Shown one piece after another: positions 18,598 to 28,189 of a stretch of DNA of 64,000 bases (positions within the stretch are counted from its first letter, which is position 1; every line of letters starts with the position of its first letter). Position numbers and translations under genes: made by a program. Origin of the DNA: Candidatus Fervidifonticultor sextus (GTDB lineage: Bacteria > Sysuimicrobiota > Sysuimicrobiia > Sysuimicrobiales > Humicultoraceae); NCBI GenBank assembly GCA_031459875.1, contig JAVKHQ010000003.1, positions 73,144-137,143 on the forward strand. Reading direction: 5' to 3'. The notes under the pieces are model-generated. The model ran no database searches, had not been told where the DNA came from, and saw only the letters and a program-made list of their open reading frames with translations.

Positions 18598-19626
18598 ATG
18601 CGGGCAGTCAGGATCCACCAGCACGGCGGTCCTGAGGTGCTTGCCCTGGAAGACGCCCCGGAGCCGTCTGCGGGACCGACCGAGGTGCTGGTCGGCGTCC
18701 GCGCCGTGGCGCTCAACCACATCGACCTCTGGGTCCGGCGCGGGCTGCCGCGGCTGCGGCTGAGCTTCCCCCACATCCTGGGCGCGGATGTCGCCGGGGT
18801 GGTCGCCGCGGTCGGCGAGGCGGCCCGTGGCGTGCGGCCCGGCGACGAGGTGGTGCTGGCCCCGGGGGTCTCGTGCGGCCAGTGTCCGGCGTGTCTTGCC
18901 GGAGCCGACAACAGCTGCGAGTCGTATGCGATCCTGGGCGAGCACATCCCCGGCGGCTACGCGCAATATGTCGTCGTGCCCCGGGCGAACGTCTTGCCCA
19001 AGCCGGCGCACCTCACCTTCGAGGAGGCGGCCGCGGTGCCGCTCGTCTTCCAGACGGCCTGGAACATGCTGGTGACCAACGGCCGTATCCGTATGGGAGA
19101 CACGGTGTTGATCTGGGGGGCGGGGAGCGGGGTGGGCAGCGCCGGCGTCCAGATCGCCAAGGCGTTGGGCGCCCGGGTGCTGGCCACCGTCGGGGCGGCC
19201 TGGAAGGCCGAACGCGCCAGGGACCTCGGGGCTGATGAGGTCATCAACCACACCGAGCAGAACGTCTATGAGGAAGTCCGCCGGCTGACCGACCGCCGCG
19301 GCGTGGATGTGGCCTTCGACCATGTGGGCAAGGCGACCTGGGAGACCAGCCTGCGGGTGCTCGCGCGCGGGGGCCGGCTGGTCACGTGCGGGGCCACCAC
19401 CGGTCCGGACGCGACTACGGACATCCGGTACATCTTCAGCCGCCAGTTGAGCATCCACGGCACGTACATGGGGCCCAAGCGCGACCTGCACGCGGTGATG
19501 CGGCTGGTCGAAGCCGGCCGGATTCGCCCGGTGGTCCACGCGGTCCTGCCCCTGGCCGAGGCCGCCGAGGCGCACCGCATGCTGGAGCGGCGGGAACAGT
19601 TCGGGAAGATCGTGCTGGTGCCCTGA
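18598..19626 (+). CDS. NADPH:quinone oxidoreductase / zinc-binding MDR oxidoreductase
   Basis: Qor-like MDR: GAGSGVGSAGVQIAKALGA cofactor motif, no structural-zinc cysteines. Confidence 0.85.
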   Translation: MRAVRIHQHGGPEVLALEDAPEPSAGPTEVLVGVRAVALNHIDLWVRRGLPRLRLSFPHILGADVAGVVAAVGEAARGVRPGDEVVLAPGVSCGQCPACLAGADNSCESYAILGEHIPGGYAQYVVVPRANVLPKPAHLTFEEAAAVPLVFQTAWNMLVTNGRIRMGDTVLIWGAGSGVGSAGVQIAKALGARVLATVGAAWKAERARDLGADEVINHTEQNVYEEVRRLTDRRGVDVAFDHVGKATWETSLRVLARGGRLVTCGATTGPDATTDIRYIFSRQLSIHGTYMGPKRDLHAVMRLVEAGRIRPVVHAVLPLAEAAEAHRMLERREQFGKIVLVP

Positions 19627-19648
19627 GCAGGGAGGTCGGGGCGTCCTG

Positions 19649-20407
19649 CTAGCGCTGCGGGAGGGATTCCTCCTGACCGATCCACTCGCTGCCGGAGGCC
19701 CAGACCTCCTTCTTCCAGATGGGCACGGTCTGCTTGAGGGTGTCGATGGCGAACCGCCCGGCCTCGAACGCGTCGCGGCGGTGGGGGGCCGCCACGGCGA
19801 TGGCCACACTGATCTCGCCGATCTGCAGCGTCCCGAGCCGGTGGACGATCGAGATGCGCACGCCCCACCGCTCGGTCGCATGCGCGGCGATGCGGGCCAT
19901 CTCCTGGCGGGCCAGCGCTTCGTACGCGTCGTACTCCAGGCGGTGGACCGAGCGGCCCCGCGAGTGCTCGCGGACCGTGCCCAGGAAGAGGATGACCGCG
20001 CCGGCGCCGGGGTGGCGCACGGCGTCCAGCAGCGCGTCCACCCGGATCGGCTCGCGCACCAGGTCGAGCAGCGGCCCGCCGGTGATCGGCATCGCGCCAG
20101 CGACAGGCGCCGTGCGGCCGGTGGTCGGATCGCCGGAGGTCGGATCGCCGGCGCTCTCCGGGCCGCCGCCGCTCACCGGGGCCAGGAGGGCGACGCGGTC
20201 GCCGTCGGCCAGCGCGTGCTCGGCCGGCCTGACCTCGTCGTTGACCGCCACCGCCGTGGGCGGCGCGACCTGGCGCAGGGCGGGATGCTGGGCGGCCAGC
20301 ATGGTCCAGATGTCCCCGGCCCTCGTGCCGGATGGGACAACCAGGGTGACGACCGGTGATCCCACGGCCTCGCGGTGAGCGGCAAAGAGCTGGACGGTGA
20401 CCTGCAT
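19649..20407 (-). CDS. Fused MoaD-MoaE (molybdopterin synthase sulfur-carrier + catalytic subunit)
   Basis: N-terminal 81-aa ThiS/MoaD fold ending ...LLAPVSGG, then a Gly/Pro/Thr linker, then a MoaE domain (EYDAYEALA...VAAPHRRDAFEA...TVPIWKKE). The start at MQVTVQ was chosen by homology; the ORF-table start at 20629 adds 74 unconserved residues. Confidence 0.75.
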   Translation of the reverse strand: MQVTVQLFAAHREAVGSPVVTLVVPSGTRAGDIWTMLAAQHPALRQVAPPTAVAVNDEVRPAEHALADGDRVALLAPVSGGGPESAGDPTSGDPTTGRTAPVAGAMPITGGPLLDLVREPIRVDALLDAVRHPGAGAVILFLGTVREHSRGRSVHRLEYDAYEALARQEMARIAAHATERWGVRISIVHRLGTLQIGEISVAIAVAAPHRRDAFEAGRFAIDTLKQTVPIWKKEVWASGSEWIGQEESLPQR

Positions 20408-20441
20408 GGGACGATCCGTCGCGGTTCGTGCGCATCGTAGC

Positions 20442-21296
20442 ATGGGGCCTCCCGGTCCGCAAGCGCACCTCGACGGCAGATCTCGCACGGGGCCCGGCGG
20501 TCGCCCGGGCCGGGGCCGGCGATGGCGGCACGGGTCCTGGCTGCTCACCTGCCTCATCGTGGCGGTGCTGCTGCTCCCGGCCCCGCCGGCGTCCGCGGCC
20601 CTCATCAGCGAGGCCCAGGAGATCCGCATCGGCCGGCAGGCCGCCGCCCAACTGGAGACCGACGTCGGGCAGAGCCGCGATCCGGCGCTCGCGGCGCGCG
20701 TGGCCGAGGTGGGCCGGCGGGTCGCCGCCGTCTCAGATCGTCGCGGGGTGCCCTATACGTTCAAGGTGCTGCGCGGCCGGGAGGTCAACGCGATCTCGCT
20801 GCCGGGCGGGTTCATCTACGTCACCGAGGGCCTGATGCGGTTCGTTCAGTCCGATGCCGAACTGGCCTTCGTCGTGGGCCACGAGGTCGGTCACGTGGCC
20901 GCCCGCCACCACGTCACGATGATCGAGCGGCACTTCTTCATGGGGCTGGTCCTCTCGCTGGTCCTCGGCGGCGATCCGACCGCGGGGCAGATCGGCGAGA
21001 TCCTGGCGTTGTTGCTGTCGCGGGGGTTTTCCCGCGAGAACGAGTTTGAGGCCGACCGGCTGGGCGTCCTCTACACGCATCGAGCAGGCTTCGACGCGTC
21101 GGCCGGCTTGCAGTTCATGACGCGGCTGCGGGTGGCCGAGGGCCGCGACCCCGGGCAGTTCGAGGTGCTCCTGCGCACGCATCCGGCGCTGGTCGACCGG
21201 ATCGGGCGGGTGCGCGAGCAACTGCGCGGGTTGGGCTATCGGGTGGAGGCGGCGCCGGCGCGCGTGGGGCAACACCGGGCCGCCGGGCGGCGCTGA
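20442..21296 (+). CDS. M48-family zinc metallopeptidase (secreted or membrane)
   Basis: HEVGH zinc motif, a downstream E (EFEADR), and a signal/TM segment WLLTCLIVAVLLLPAPPASA. Start ambiguous (20397, 20406 or 20442). Confidence 0.75.
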   Translation: MGPPGPQAHLDGRSRTGPGGRPGRGRRWRHGSWLLTCLIVAVLLLPAPPASAALISEAQEIRIGRQAAAQLETDVGQSRDPALAARVAEVGRRVAAVSDRRGVPYTFKVLRGREVNAISLPGGFIYVTEGLMRFVQSDAELAFVVGHEVGHVAARHHVTMIERHFFMGLVLSLVLGGDPTAGQIGEILALLLSRGFSRENEFEADRLGVLYTHRAGFDASAGLQFMTRLRVAEGRDPGQFEVLLRTHPALVDRIGRVREQLRGLGYRVEAAPARVGQHRAAGRR

Positions 21297-21301
21297 CGCC
21301 G

Positions 21302-22168
21302 GTGCCCGTCCGCGACCCCTACGCCGTTCCCGGCACCTACCGCAAGGCGCAGTTGCACTGTCACACCCGGCGGTCCGACGGCCGGTTCGAGCCCGCCGAC
21401 CTGGCCCGGCGCTACCGCGACGCGGGCTACGCGTTTGTGTGTTTCACCGACCACGACGTGCTCACCCGCTGTGATGAGATCAATGACGCGTCGTTCCTGG
21501 CCCTGCCGGGCGTCGAGGAGACGATCGTGTGGGGACTGCCGCCGCTGGGGGCGCACCTGGGGCGGCTGCTGGTGGACGGCGTCCTGGGCGCGGGGTCGGC
21601 CGCAGACCGCATCCGGCAGACGCTGGCGTCCGGCGGCATCCCGTGCCTGCACCATCCGTCGTGGACGGGCAACCTGTGGACCGGCTCCTGGACCGCTCGG
21701 GCGATGACCGCCCTGCCGGGGCCGTTTCTGGTGGAGGTCTGGAATCCGCACTCCAATTCTGAGGAGGACGTCAGGCGGTGGGCGTGCGCGGTGGAGGCGC
21801 ACGGGCCGGGGGTCTGCATCGGTGCTTCGGCGGGTGACGACTGCCACCTGGCATCCCAGTTCGACCGGGCGTGGGTGATGGTGAAGGTCCCCGTCATCAC
21901 CGCCACAGCCCTCCGCGAGGCGCTGCTGGCCGGTGCCTTCTATGCCAGTACCGGCGTCGAGGCCGAGTTTGGCGCCGACGGCGGCGCGATTGCGGTGCAG
22001 AGCACGGCCGATGAGGTCCGCGTGATCGACGCCGATGGCCGGGTGCGTGCCCTCATTCGGGACGGCAGTGGGCGGTATAGCCCCCAGGGGGACGAGCGCT
22101 TCGTGCGCCTGGAATGCCGGGCCGGCCAGCGGCGGGCGTGGAGCCAGGCGTTCTGGATCGTGCCGTAG
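21302..22168 (+). CDS. PHP-domain metal-dependent phosphoesterase
   Basis: PHP N-terminal HxH motif (QLHCHTRRSDG), FTDHD, later His/Asp ligands. Confidence 0.6.
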   Translation: MPVRDPYAVPGTYRKAQLHCHTRRSDGRFEPADLARRYRDAGYAFVCFTDHDVLTRCDEINDASFLALPGVEETIVWGLPPLGAHLGRLLVDGVLGAGSAADRIRQTLASGGIPCLHHPSWTGNLWTGSWTARAMTALPGPFLVEVWNPHSNSEEDVRRWACAVEAHGPGVCIGASAGDDCHLASQFDRAWVMVKVPVITATALREALLAGAFYASTGVEAEFGADGGAIAVQSTADEVRVIDADGRVRALIRDGSGRYSPQGDERFVRLECRAGQRRAWSQAFWIVP

Positions 22169-22274
22169 TCTTTTGGATGGGACGACAGCGCCACGGCGGG
22201 GGAGGAAGGCCGTGGAGGCATGCGAATCCTGAAGGGCGGAGCCTGATGGCAGAGGACGTGGAGGGACGCGCCGG

Positions 22275-22811
22275 ATGAGAGCGAGCCGCCGACTCGCCGG
22301 GAGTGCGGCTCAGGCAGAAGGACACGCCGAGGCACTCCGGCGGATCGCCGTCAGGTACGCAGACGCCCTCAGGGACCTGCTGGGACCCTCATTGGTCTCG
22401 GTGGTGCTGTTTGGCTCGGTGGCCAGGGGCGACGCGCGGGCGCATTCTGACATCGACCTGCTGGTGATCGTCTCCGACCTTCCGCCCGGCAGGCTGGCGC
22501 GGCAAGGCCTTGTCGGTCCGGCCGACGCCCTCCTGGACCCGGAACTCGAACGACTCAGACGGCAGGCGATCCTGACCGACGTCAACCCGATCCTGAAAAC
22601 CCCCGAGGAAGTGCTCCGGCTCCCACCACTGCTCCTGGACCTGGTCGAGGATGCCGTCGTCCTCCACGATCGGGACGGGTTCTTTGCTGGTGTGCTGGCA
22701 CGCCTCCGCGAATCCCTGGCGCGCCTGGGGGCCCGCCGGGTCCAGCGGGGATGGCTGCGGTACTGGGAGCTGAAGCCGGACTACCTCCCCGGAGAGGTTT
22801 TCGAGCTATGA
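22275..22811 (+). CDS. Minimal nucleotidyltransferase (MNT/MntA-type antitoxin)
   Basis: GSVARGDARAHSDIDLLV (GSx9-10DxD pol-beta NTase motif). Confidence 0.8.
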   Translation: MRASRRLAGSAAQAEGHAEALRRIAVRYADALRDLLGPSLVSVVLFGSVARGDARAHSDIDLLVIVSDLPPGRLARQGLVGPADALLDPELERLRRQAILTDVNPILKTPEEVLRLPPLLLDLVEDAVVLHDRDGFFAGVLARLRESLARLGARRVQRGWLRYWELKPDYLPGEVFEL

Positions 22812-23218
22812 CCAACCGCCAGATGGCCGAGAGTTATCTGGCGCAGGCGGGCGAGATCATCATTGAGGCGCACGGGGCCTTCGAGCGCGGAGTGTGGAAC
22901 CTGGTGGTCCGGAGGTGCCAGGAGGTTGTCGAGCTCGCTCTCAAGGCCGCGCTGCGCCTGGCGGGGATCGAGGTGCCGCACATTCACGACGTCGGCATCC
23001 TGTTGAAGGACCATGAGGCGAAATTTCCCGAGCCCTTTCGTCGGGACATCGGGCGCATGGCCTCGATCTCCCGGCAGTTGCGGCGAGAACGCGAGGCCAG
23101 CTTCTATGGCGACGAAGAGACAGGCTCTCCTCCTCACCGACTCTACACGGAGGATGACGCGAAGGAGGCCCTGCACGACGCTGGCTTTGTGCTCGAACGC
23201 TGCCGCGGCCTCGTGTAG
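22808..23218 (+). CDS. HEPN-domain protein (HepT-type toxin partner of MNT)
   Basis: HEPN helical domain. ATGA start/stop overlap with the upstream MNT gene. Confidence 0.8.
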   Translation: MTNRQMAESYLAQAGEIIIEAHGAFERGVWNLVVRRCQEVVELALKAALRLAGIEVPHIHDVGILLKDHEAKFPEPFRRDIGRMASISRQLRREREASFYGDEETGSPPHRLYTEDDAKEALHDAGFVLERCRGLV

Positions 23219-23318
23219 GGTGTGAGGGCGTGGCACCTGATTCGCCCCCTGGATCGGATTCCCGTCGCGCCTGTCCGCACGTCGGACCCGGAACCATCAC
23301 CCCAGTGAAGAAGGGCAA

Positions 23319-24857
23319 ATGACCGTGGAGACGTTCACCATTGGCAGCCGGATGCTGGTGCGCAACGGGCTGCTGGCTCTAGCAGGCCAGGCGGTGCCCT
23401 TCGTCGTCGGCGTGGCGAGTGTCCCGGTCATTGTCCACGGCCTGGGTGTGGAACGGTTCGGCCTCCTGGCGCTGACCTGGACACTCCTCGGCGCATTCAG
23501 CGTGTTCGACTTGGGGTTGGGTCGGGCGGTCACCAAGTTCGTGGCCGAAGCCCTCGGGACAGGAGAACGGAATGGCATTCCGGGCATCATCTGGTCCGCG
23601 GTGATGGCTCAGGCGGCCTTCGGGACCCTCGGTGCCGGCGTCCTGGCTCTGGCCGCGTCGCCTGTGGTGACGCGCCTCCTCACTGTGGCCCCTCAGATGC
23701 ATGCCGAGGCTGTTGCGTCCCTGCGCGTCCTGGCCCTGTCTCTCCCGGTCGTCCTGGTGTCCTTCTCCTTTCAGGGGGCGCTGGAGGCTGTGCAGCGATT
23801 TGATCTCCTGGCCGGAGTCAAGATCGTGTCGAGCACGTCAACATTCCTCGTGCCTCTGGCAGGCGCCCTCTTCTCCTGGGACCTCCCCACCATCCTTGCC
23901 GGGATGCTTGTGGCCCGGTCGCTGGTGCTGATCTTGTCCGCGTACGCCTGCATCCGCGCCCTGGCACTCCTGCGGCTCCCCGTGTCCGCGAGCCGGGGCG
24001 GGTTCCGATCGCTGCTTACCTTCGGCATGTGGATCACTGTCTCGGGGCTTGTGGCGCTGATCCTGGCACCGGCAGACAGGCTTATCATCGGCAACCAGCT
24101 CACCATGACGGCCTTGACCCACTATGCCATTCCCCAGGAGCTGATCGCCCGCCTGGGCGTCATCTCGGCCAGCATGGCCGTCGTCCTGTTTCCGGCGTTC
24201 AGCACGCTGGGCGGCGCGCAGGACCTCACACGCGTGAGGGTGCTCTTCAGCCGGTCAACGGAGTACCTGATCCTGACCCTGGCTCCGGCCTTCGGCCTCA
24301 TCGCGGTCCTGGCGCCAGATCTCCTCAGGGCCTGGCTAGGTTCCCCCCTGGCGGAACACAGCGCGCCGGTGCTCCAGATCCTCGCCGTCGGGGCCGCCGT
24401 GCAACTCCTGGCGGTGAGCGCCTATGTCCTGCTCCAGGGGCTGGGCCGTTCGGATCTGACCGCCAAGTTCCATCTCCTCGTGCTACCGTTGTCCGTCGCG
24501 GCCCTGTGGTGGCTGGTCCGACTCTACGGAATCCGGGGAGCCGCCTTCGTGTGGACCGGACGGGTCGCCTTTGAGGCGTTCCTGCTCCTCTGGGCGGCGA
24601 GACGCATGGGAATGTGGACCTGGGAGGGCGCGAGGGAGACCGCCAGGCGCGTGCTGATCCCTGTCGTCGCCGTCTGCTCGCTCTCGCTGGCCGTGCACTC
24701 TACGCGCGCCCCGCTGGCGCCGAGGATGGTGCTCATCGGCAGTTTGCTGTCCGCCTTCGCCTGGTGGGTCTGGGCGCGCTCCCTGGAGGAGGAGGAGCGC
24801 CGCTGGATCGTCCGGTTGCTCATGGCCTGGCGGCGCCTTCCGGTAAGGATGTCGTGA
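23319..24857 (+). CDS. Polysaccharide biosynthesis flippase (Wzx/MOP superfamily)
   Basis: About 12-14 predicted TM helices, PST-family layout, RBS GAAGAAGGG. Confidence 0.8.
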   Translation: MTVETFTIGSRMLVRNGLLALAGQAVPFVVGVASVPVIVHGLGVERFGLLALTWTLLGAFSVFDLGLGRAVTKFVAEALGTGERNGIPGIIWSAVMAQAAFGTLGAGVLALAASPVVTRLLTVAPQMHAEAVASLRVLALSLPVVLVSFSFQGALEAVQRFDLLAGVKIVSSTSTFLVPLAGALFSWDLPTILAGMLVARSLVLILSAYACIRALALLRLPVSASRGGFRSLLTFGMWITVSGLVALILAPADRLIIGNQLTMTALTHYAIPQELIARLGVISASMAVVLFPAFSTLGGAQDLTRVRVLFSRSTEYLILTLAPAFGLIAVLAPDLLRAWLGSPLAEHSAPVLQILAVGAAVQLLAVSAYVLLQGLGRSDLTAKFHLLVLPLSVAALWWLVRLYGIRGAAFVWTGRVAFEAFLLLWAARRMGMWTWEGARETARRVLIPVVAVCSLSLAVHSTRAPLAPRMVLIGSLLSAFAWWVWARSLEEEERRWIVRLLMAWRRLPVRMS

Positions 24858-25918
24858 TCTCCTCCATGGCCTCGATCTCGGACCTGTTGAAAGGCGAGGA
24901 ATCCCTGCAGGTGCTCCAGGCGGATGCCGAGCGGTTGGGCCGAAAGTACGCCGTGTTTCTCGTGGACCACGGGCGAGCCTCGCGCTCGACCCACAAGTTC
25001 TGGTGGAATCACTTCGAAGAGGCCGCCCGGCTGCTCGGGATCCCGTGCCGGAGGGTTTCCAAGGCCAGCGAGACGTGGCCCACAGACCACCGTCGCGAAG
25101 GCAGACGGGGTGTCTATCTCTTCTTTACCAGGAGGTCTCTCTACCACGACCGCTGGTGCATCTTCCGTTCAGTGCGGAGAGAGGCCATCAGACCGGAGGA
25201 CATTGTCGCCAGTTGGGATCCACGGGTTATGGACGAACTCGACCATGCGCACGCATTCCTCATCGGGTTTCGCGGTGGGACATGGATGTCGCTCCCCGGG
25301 CTGCCCGATTCGAGGCAGATTGTCTTCTGGGAACCCTTTGCGCCTCTGTCCGCCGTGGAGAAGGGGGTCCGCGAGTCGGGCCGGACACCCAGATGGGACT
25401 TCTCGTACTTTGGGACCCTGAACCCCCACAACTACGATCAGTTTCAGCGGATTCTTCAGCCGCTCGCAGCACGCCACCGCTGCCGGTACGCCGGAAAACT
25501 GTGGAGAATCGCGTCGCTCATTCCGCTGAGATATGGGTTTCGTCCGTTCCTCGTACATGAGGATCGAGGCCAGGAGATACTTCTTGAGGGCCGCATCAAC
25601 CTCGTGCTCCACAACGACTATCATCGGCGCATGAGGACCCTTACGGAGCGACTCTTCGTTTCGGCGGCTTTGGGCCGTCCTGTCGTATGTGACAATGCTG
25701 GCGCGTGGCGTTATTTCTCTCAAGAGGAAGTCCCGGTCGCTGAAGACCCGGAGATGTTCCTCGCATTGTGCGAGGACAGTCTCCGCAACCTCCAGCAACG
25801 TCGAGAGATCGCCCGAGAAATCCAAAGGAAGACACTTCGACATAACACTTACCTGCACACGGTCGTGCAGCTGCTCACGGAACTGGACGCCAAGGCTTCC
25901 TCGCGTGGCGGCGTGTGA
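24854..25918 (+). CDS. CgeB-like glycosyltransferase (DUF3880/Glyco_trans_1_2-type)
   Basis: C-terminal GT-B half-domain resembling the CgeB family. GTG start in a GTGA overlap with the Wzx stop, with TAAGGA upstream. GC is lower from here on. Confidence 0.5.
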   Translation: MISSMASISDLLKGEESLQVLQADAERLGRKYAVFLVDHGRASRSTHKFWWNHFEEAARLLGIPCRRVSKASETWPTDHRREGRRGVYLFFTRRSLYHDRWCIFRSVRREAIRPEDIVASWDPRVMDELDHAHAFLIGFRGGTWMSLPGLPDSRQIVFWEPFAPLSAVEKGVRESGRTPRWDFSYFGTLNPHNYDQFQRILQPLAARHRCRYAGKLWRIASLIPLRYGFRPFLVHEDRGQEILLEGRINLVLHNDYHRRMRTLTERLFVSAALGRPVVCDNAGAWRYFSQEEVPVAEDPEMFLALCEDSLRNLQQRREIAREIQRKTLRHNTYLHTVVQLLTELDAKASSRGGV

Positions 25919-25999
25919 GGGGCACGTCCGGGGCGCGAACACGGAGGAGAAGGGTAGCCAAGTGGCGAGCGTTCATGTTGCGCCGGGGGCCACTCGCTG

Positions 26000-26590
26000 T
26001 TGCGTGACTGTCTGCGCGGGGTTGCCTGGGGGAATTCGATGTCTGCTCGGATGGCCGAGGACTGTGGCTTTCCCAAACTTAGGTGTCCGGCTGTACCCCC
26101 TTCCTTTAGTGGAAGGGATGCTGAACGGGATCTAGTTTTTCGTCACCGCTGGTTCGACGTCTCGGAACCGGAACTCGCATTCTTGGAGAATGTTTTGAAG
26201 CCAGGGGATATCTTCGTCGATGCAGGCGCCTTTCACGGGTGGTACACGGTGCTGGCGAGCCAGGAGGTGGGTGGACGAGGCCCAGCTGCTGGCCTTCGGG
26301 TCCAACCAGGACTCCTTGAGGGTCCTCAGGCGAAACATTGATGTGAACGGCTGTCGAAAGGTGCGCGCCTGCAATGTGGCGTTGTCCAACGTCGAGGGAC
26401 GGAGGTGGTTGTACAGAGGCCCCAATGACGGATCGTAGAATTCTATAGCGCCAGTGGCGGGAGGAATCGACCGGGAGGAGTCCAGACCGGGCGTCTTCAC
26501 GACGTGATGACCGAGCTGTGTCTCCATTGGGTGGAGGTCATGAAGATCGATGTCCAGGGCGCGGAAGCCTCTGTCCTGGCGACAGGCGGC
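26000..26590 (+). pseudogene. FkbM-family methyltransferase remnant, copy 1 (frameshifted, C-terminally truncated)
   Basis: FkbM motifs are split over three frames: GDIFVDAGAFHGWYT, then LAFGSNQDSLRVLRRNIDVNG, then MKIDVQGAEASVL. Frame changes near 26275 and 26440. It ends where copy 2 begins. Confidence 0.5.
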
Positions 26591-26597
26591 TCTTACT

Positions 26598-27034
26598 CGT
26601 TCCACACTGGAAAGGGGCCTGAAGGCGATCTGCGTCTTTCGCGATCGGTTCTTGCAGGCAGCAGACCCTGAATTGGAGTTTGTGAGGACTGTCCTGGAAC
26701 CAGGTCAGGTCTTCATCGATAACGGAGCCTGTCGTGGATGGTATGCGATCACGGCGAGCCGCGTCGTGGGGGCGTGGGACGCGTGCTGGCTTTTGAGCCC
26801 AATCCGGATACCTATGCCCTCCTGGTGTGCAATATGACCCTCAGTGGGTGCTCGAATGTTTGGACGGTCGGAGGCCCGCTCACCGACGTCGAGAGCGAGG
26901 CTCTGCTGTACCAGGGGCCAGTCGACGGGGGAGCCGGCGGGCTGGCCCCGATGAAAGGATGGCGCGATCAGGCAAAGGTCCACTTACGCCGACTCGATGA
27001 TGTCCTTGGGGAACTAGGGTGTCCAGTTTCGTAA
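26598..27034 (+). pseudogene. FkbM-family methyltransferase remnant, copy 2, 5-prime part (frameshifted; interrupted by IS481 insertion)
   Basis: GQVFIDNGACRGWYAI, then after a frameshift VLAFEPNPDTYALLVCNM. It ends at the IS insertion point. Confidence 0.5.
27013..27018. repeat. IS481 target-site duplication (ACTAGG), left copy
   Basis: Identical ACTAGG immediately flanks both ends of the element. IS481-family elements duplicate 6 bp at NCTAGN targets. Confidence 0.55.
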
Positions 27035-28173
27035 TGGTGTGCACACATCAGGGTGCGACCTGGACATGGTAATCACCCCATCGCGAGGTCCAGAAGAGCG
27101 CTGCGGGCGGACGCCCCTGGGTGCGGTAGCCCAGGTGTGGCCGCTGATGGTTGTAGAACCCGAGGTAACGATCCAGGGCGACCTGCAGTTGGGCGACGTG
27201 GGTGAAGAAGCGGCGGCGGAACTCGACGCGCCACAACTCGGTGAGGATGGTGCCCTGCAGGCGCTCGACGAACCCGTTGGTCCACGCATGTCGCGGTCGG
27301 GTGCGGGTGTGCCGAATGCGCAGGGCCTGACAGGCCTGCTCGAAAGCGCCGCGATACTCGCTGCCCTGATCGGTGAGGATGCGCTGCACGCGCCAGCCCG
27401 CCGCGCGGTAGGCCGGCAGCACCCGGGTCGTCAGGAACCGAGCCGCGGCGTCCGCCGAGAACTCGGTCGCGACCTGGGCCATTGCATACGAACAGGCCGC
27501 ATCGCAGGCGGTGTACTGCCAGACCTTCCCGACCCCTTTGAGCTTCCCGATGTAGAACGTGTCCAGGCAGACCAGCTCGCCGGGCGTGTGGGCGGCCACA
27601 TGGGGCCCGCGGCGGCGCTGGGCGGCTGTCAGGTGGCGGCGCGTCCGCTCGGTCAGCAGGCCCGCCCCTCGGGCGCTGTGGGCTTCGAGCACCGCCAGCC
27701 GCTGCCAGCGCGTTGCGAGCCCCCTCCGCCGCAGGAGCCGGTAGATCGTCGTCGGGGCGAAGCGCCAGGCTCCCTGCTCGGGGCGGGCCAGCTGGACAGC
27801 CAAGCGGGCCGGACCCCACGTCGGCCACGCCAGGGCCAGGGCCAGGATCGCCCGCTCGGCCTGCACGCTGAGCGGCGAGGGTCGGCCGCGTCGCGGCCCA
27901 CGCCGCCGTGGGTGCAGACCCTCGGGGCCATAGGCCATATAGCGCCGCCGCCAGCGGTAGAACAGGGTGCGGGAGATCCCCGCCTCCCGACAGGCCCGGC
28001 TGACGTTCCCCAGCGCCTGCGCGCGGGCCATCACCCGCAGGCGAAATCCGTGTACACTGTCGTCGAGGGTCATGGGCAGTCCTCCCCGCTTCCCCACGAG
28101 GGGGTAGTATCCAACGGGAAGGATTCGTCATATGACCCTCCTCGACTGTCAACACTAGATCGAAACAGTACAA
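27019..28173 (-). mobile_element. IS481-family insertion sequence
   Basis: Imperfect terminal inverted repeats GTGTCCAGTTTCG (left) and TTGTACTGTTTCG (reverse complement of the right end). A single DDE transposase ORF. Flanked by ACTAGG direct repeats. Inserted within an FkbM-like gene. Confidence 0.75.
27048..28097 (-). CDS. IS481-family DDE transposase
   Basis: N-terminal HTH (GISRTLFYRWRRRY), integrase core with D...D...E spacing (CLDTFY..., ILTDQGSEY..., NGFVER). Confidence 0.9.
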   Translation of the reverse strand: MGKRGGLPMTLDDSVHGFRLRVMARAQALGNVSRACREAGISRTLFYRWRRRYMAYGPEGLHPRRRGPRRGRPSPLSVQAERAILALALAWPTWGPARLAVQLARPEQGAWRFAPTTIYRLLRRRGLATRWQRLAVLEAHSARGAGLLTERTRRHLTAAQRRRGPHVAAHTPGELVCLDTFYIGKLKGVGKVWQYTACDAACSYAMAQVATEFSADAAARFLTTRVLPAYRAAGWRVQRILTDQGSEYRGAFEQACQALRIRHTRTRPRHAWTNGFVERLQGTILTELWRVEFRRRFFTHVAQLQVALDRYLGFYNHQRPHLGYRTQGRPPAALFWTSRWGDYHVQVAP

Positions 28174-28179
28174 ACTAGG
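28174..28179. repeat. IS481 target-site duplication (ACTAGG), right copy
   Basis: See left copy. Confidence 0.55.
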
Positions 28180-28189
28180 GCCCCATCGG

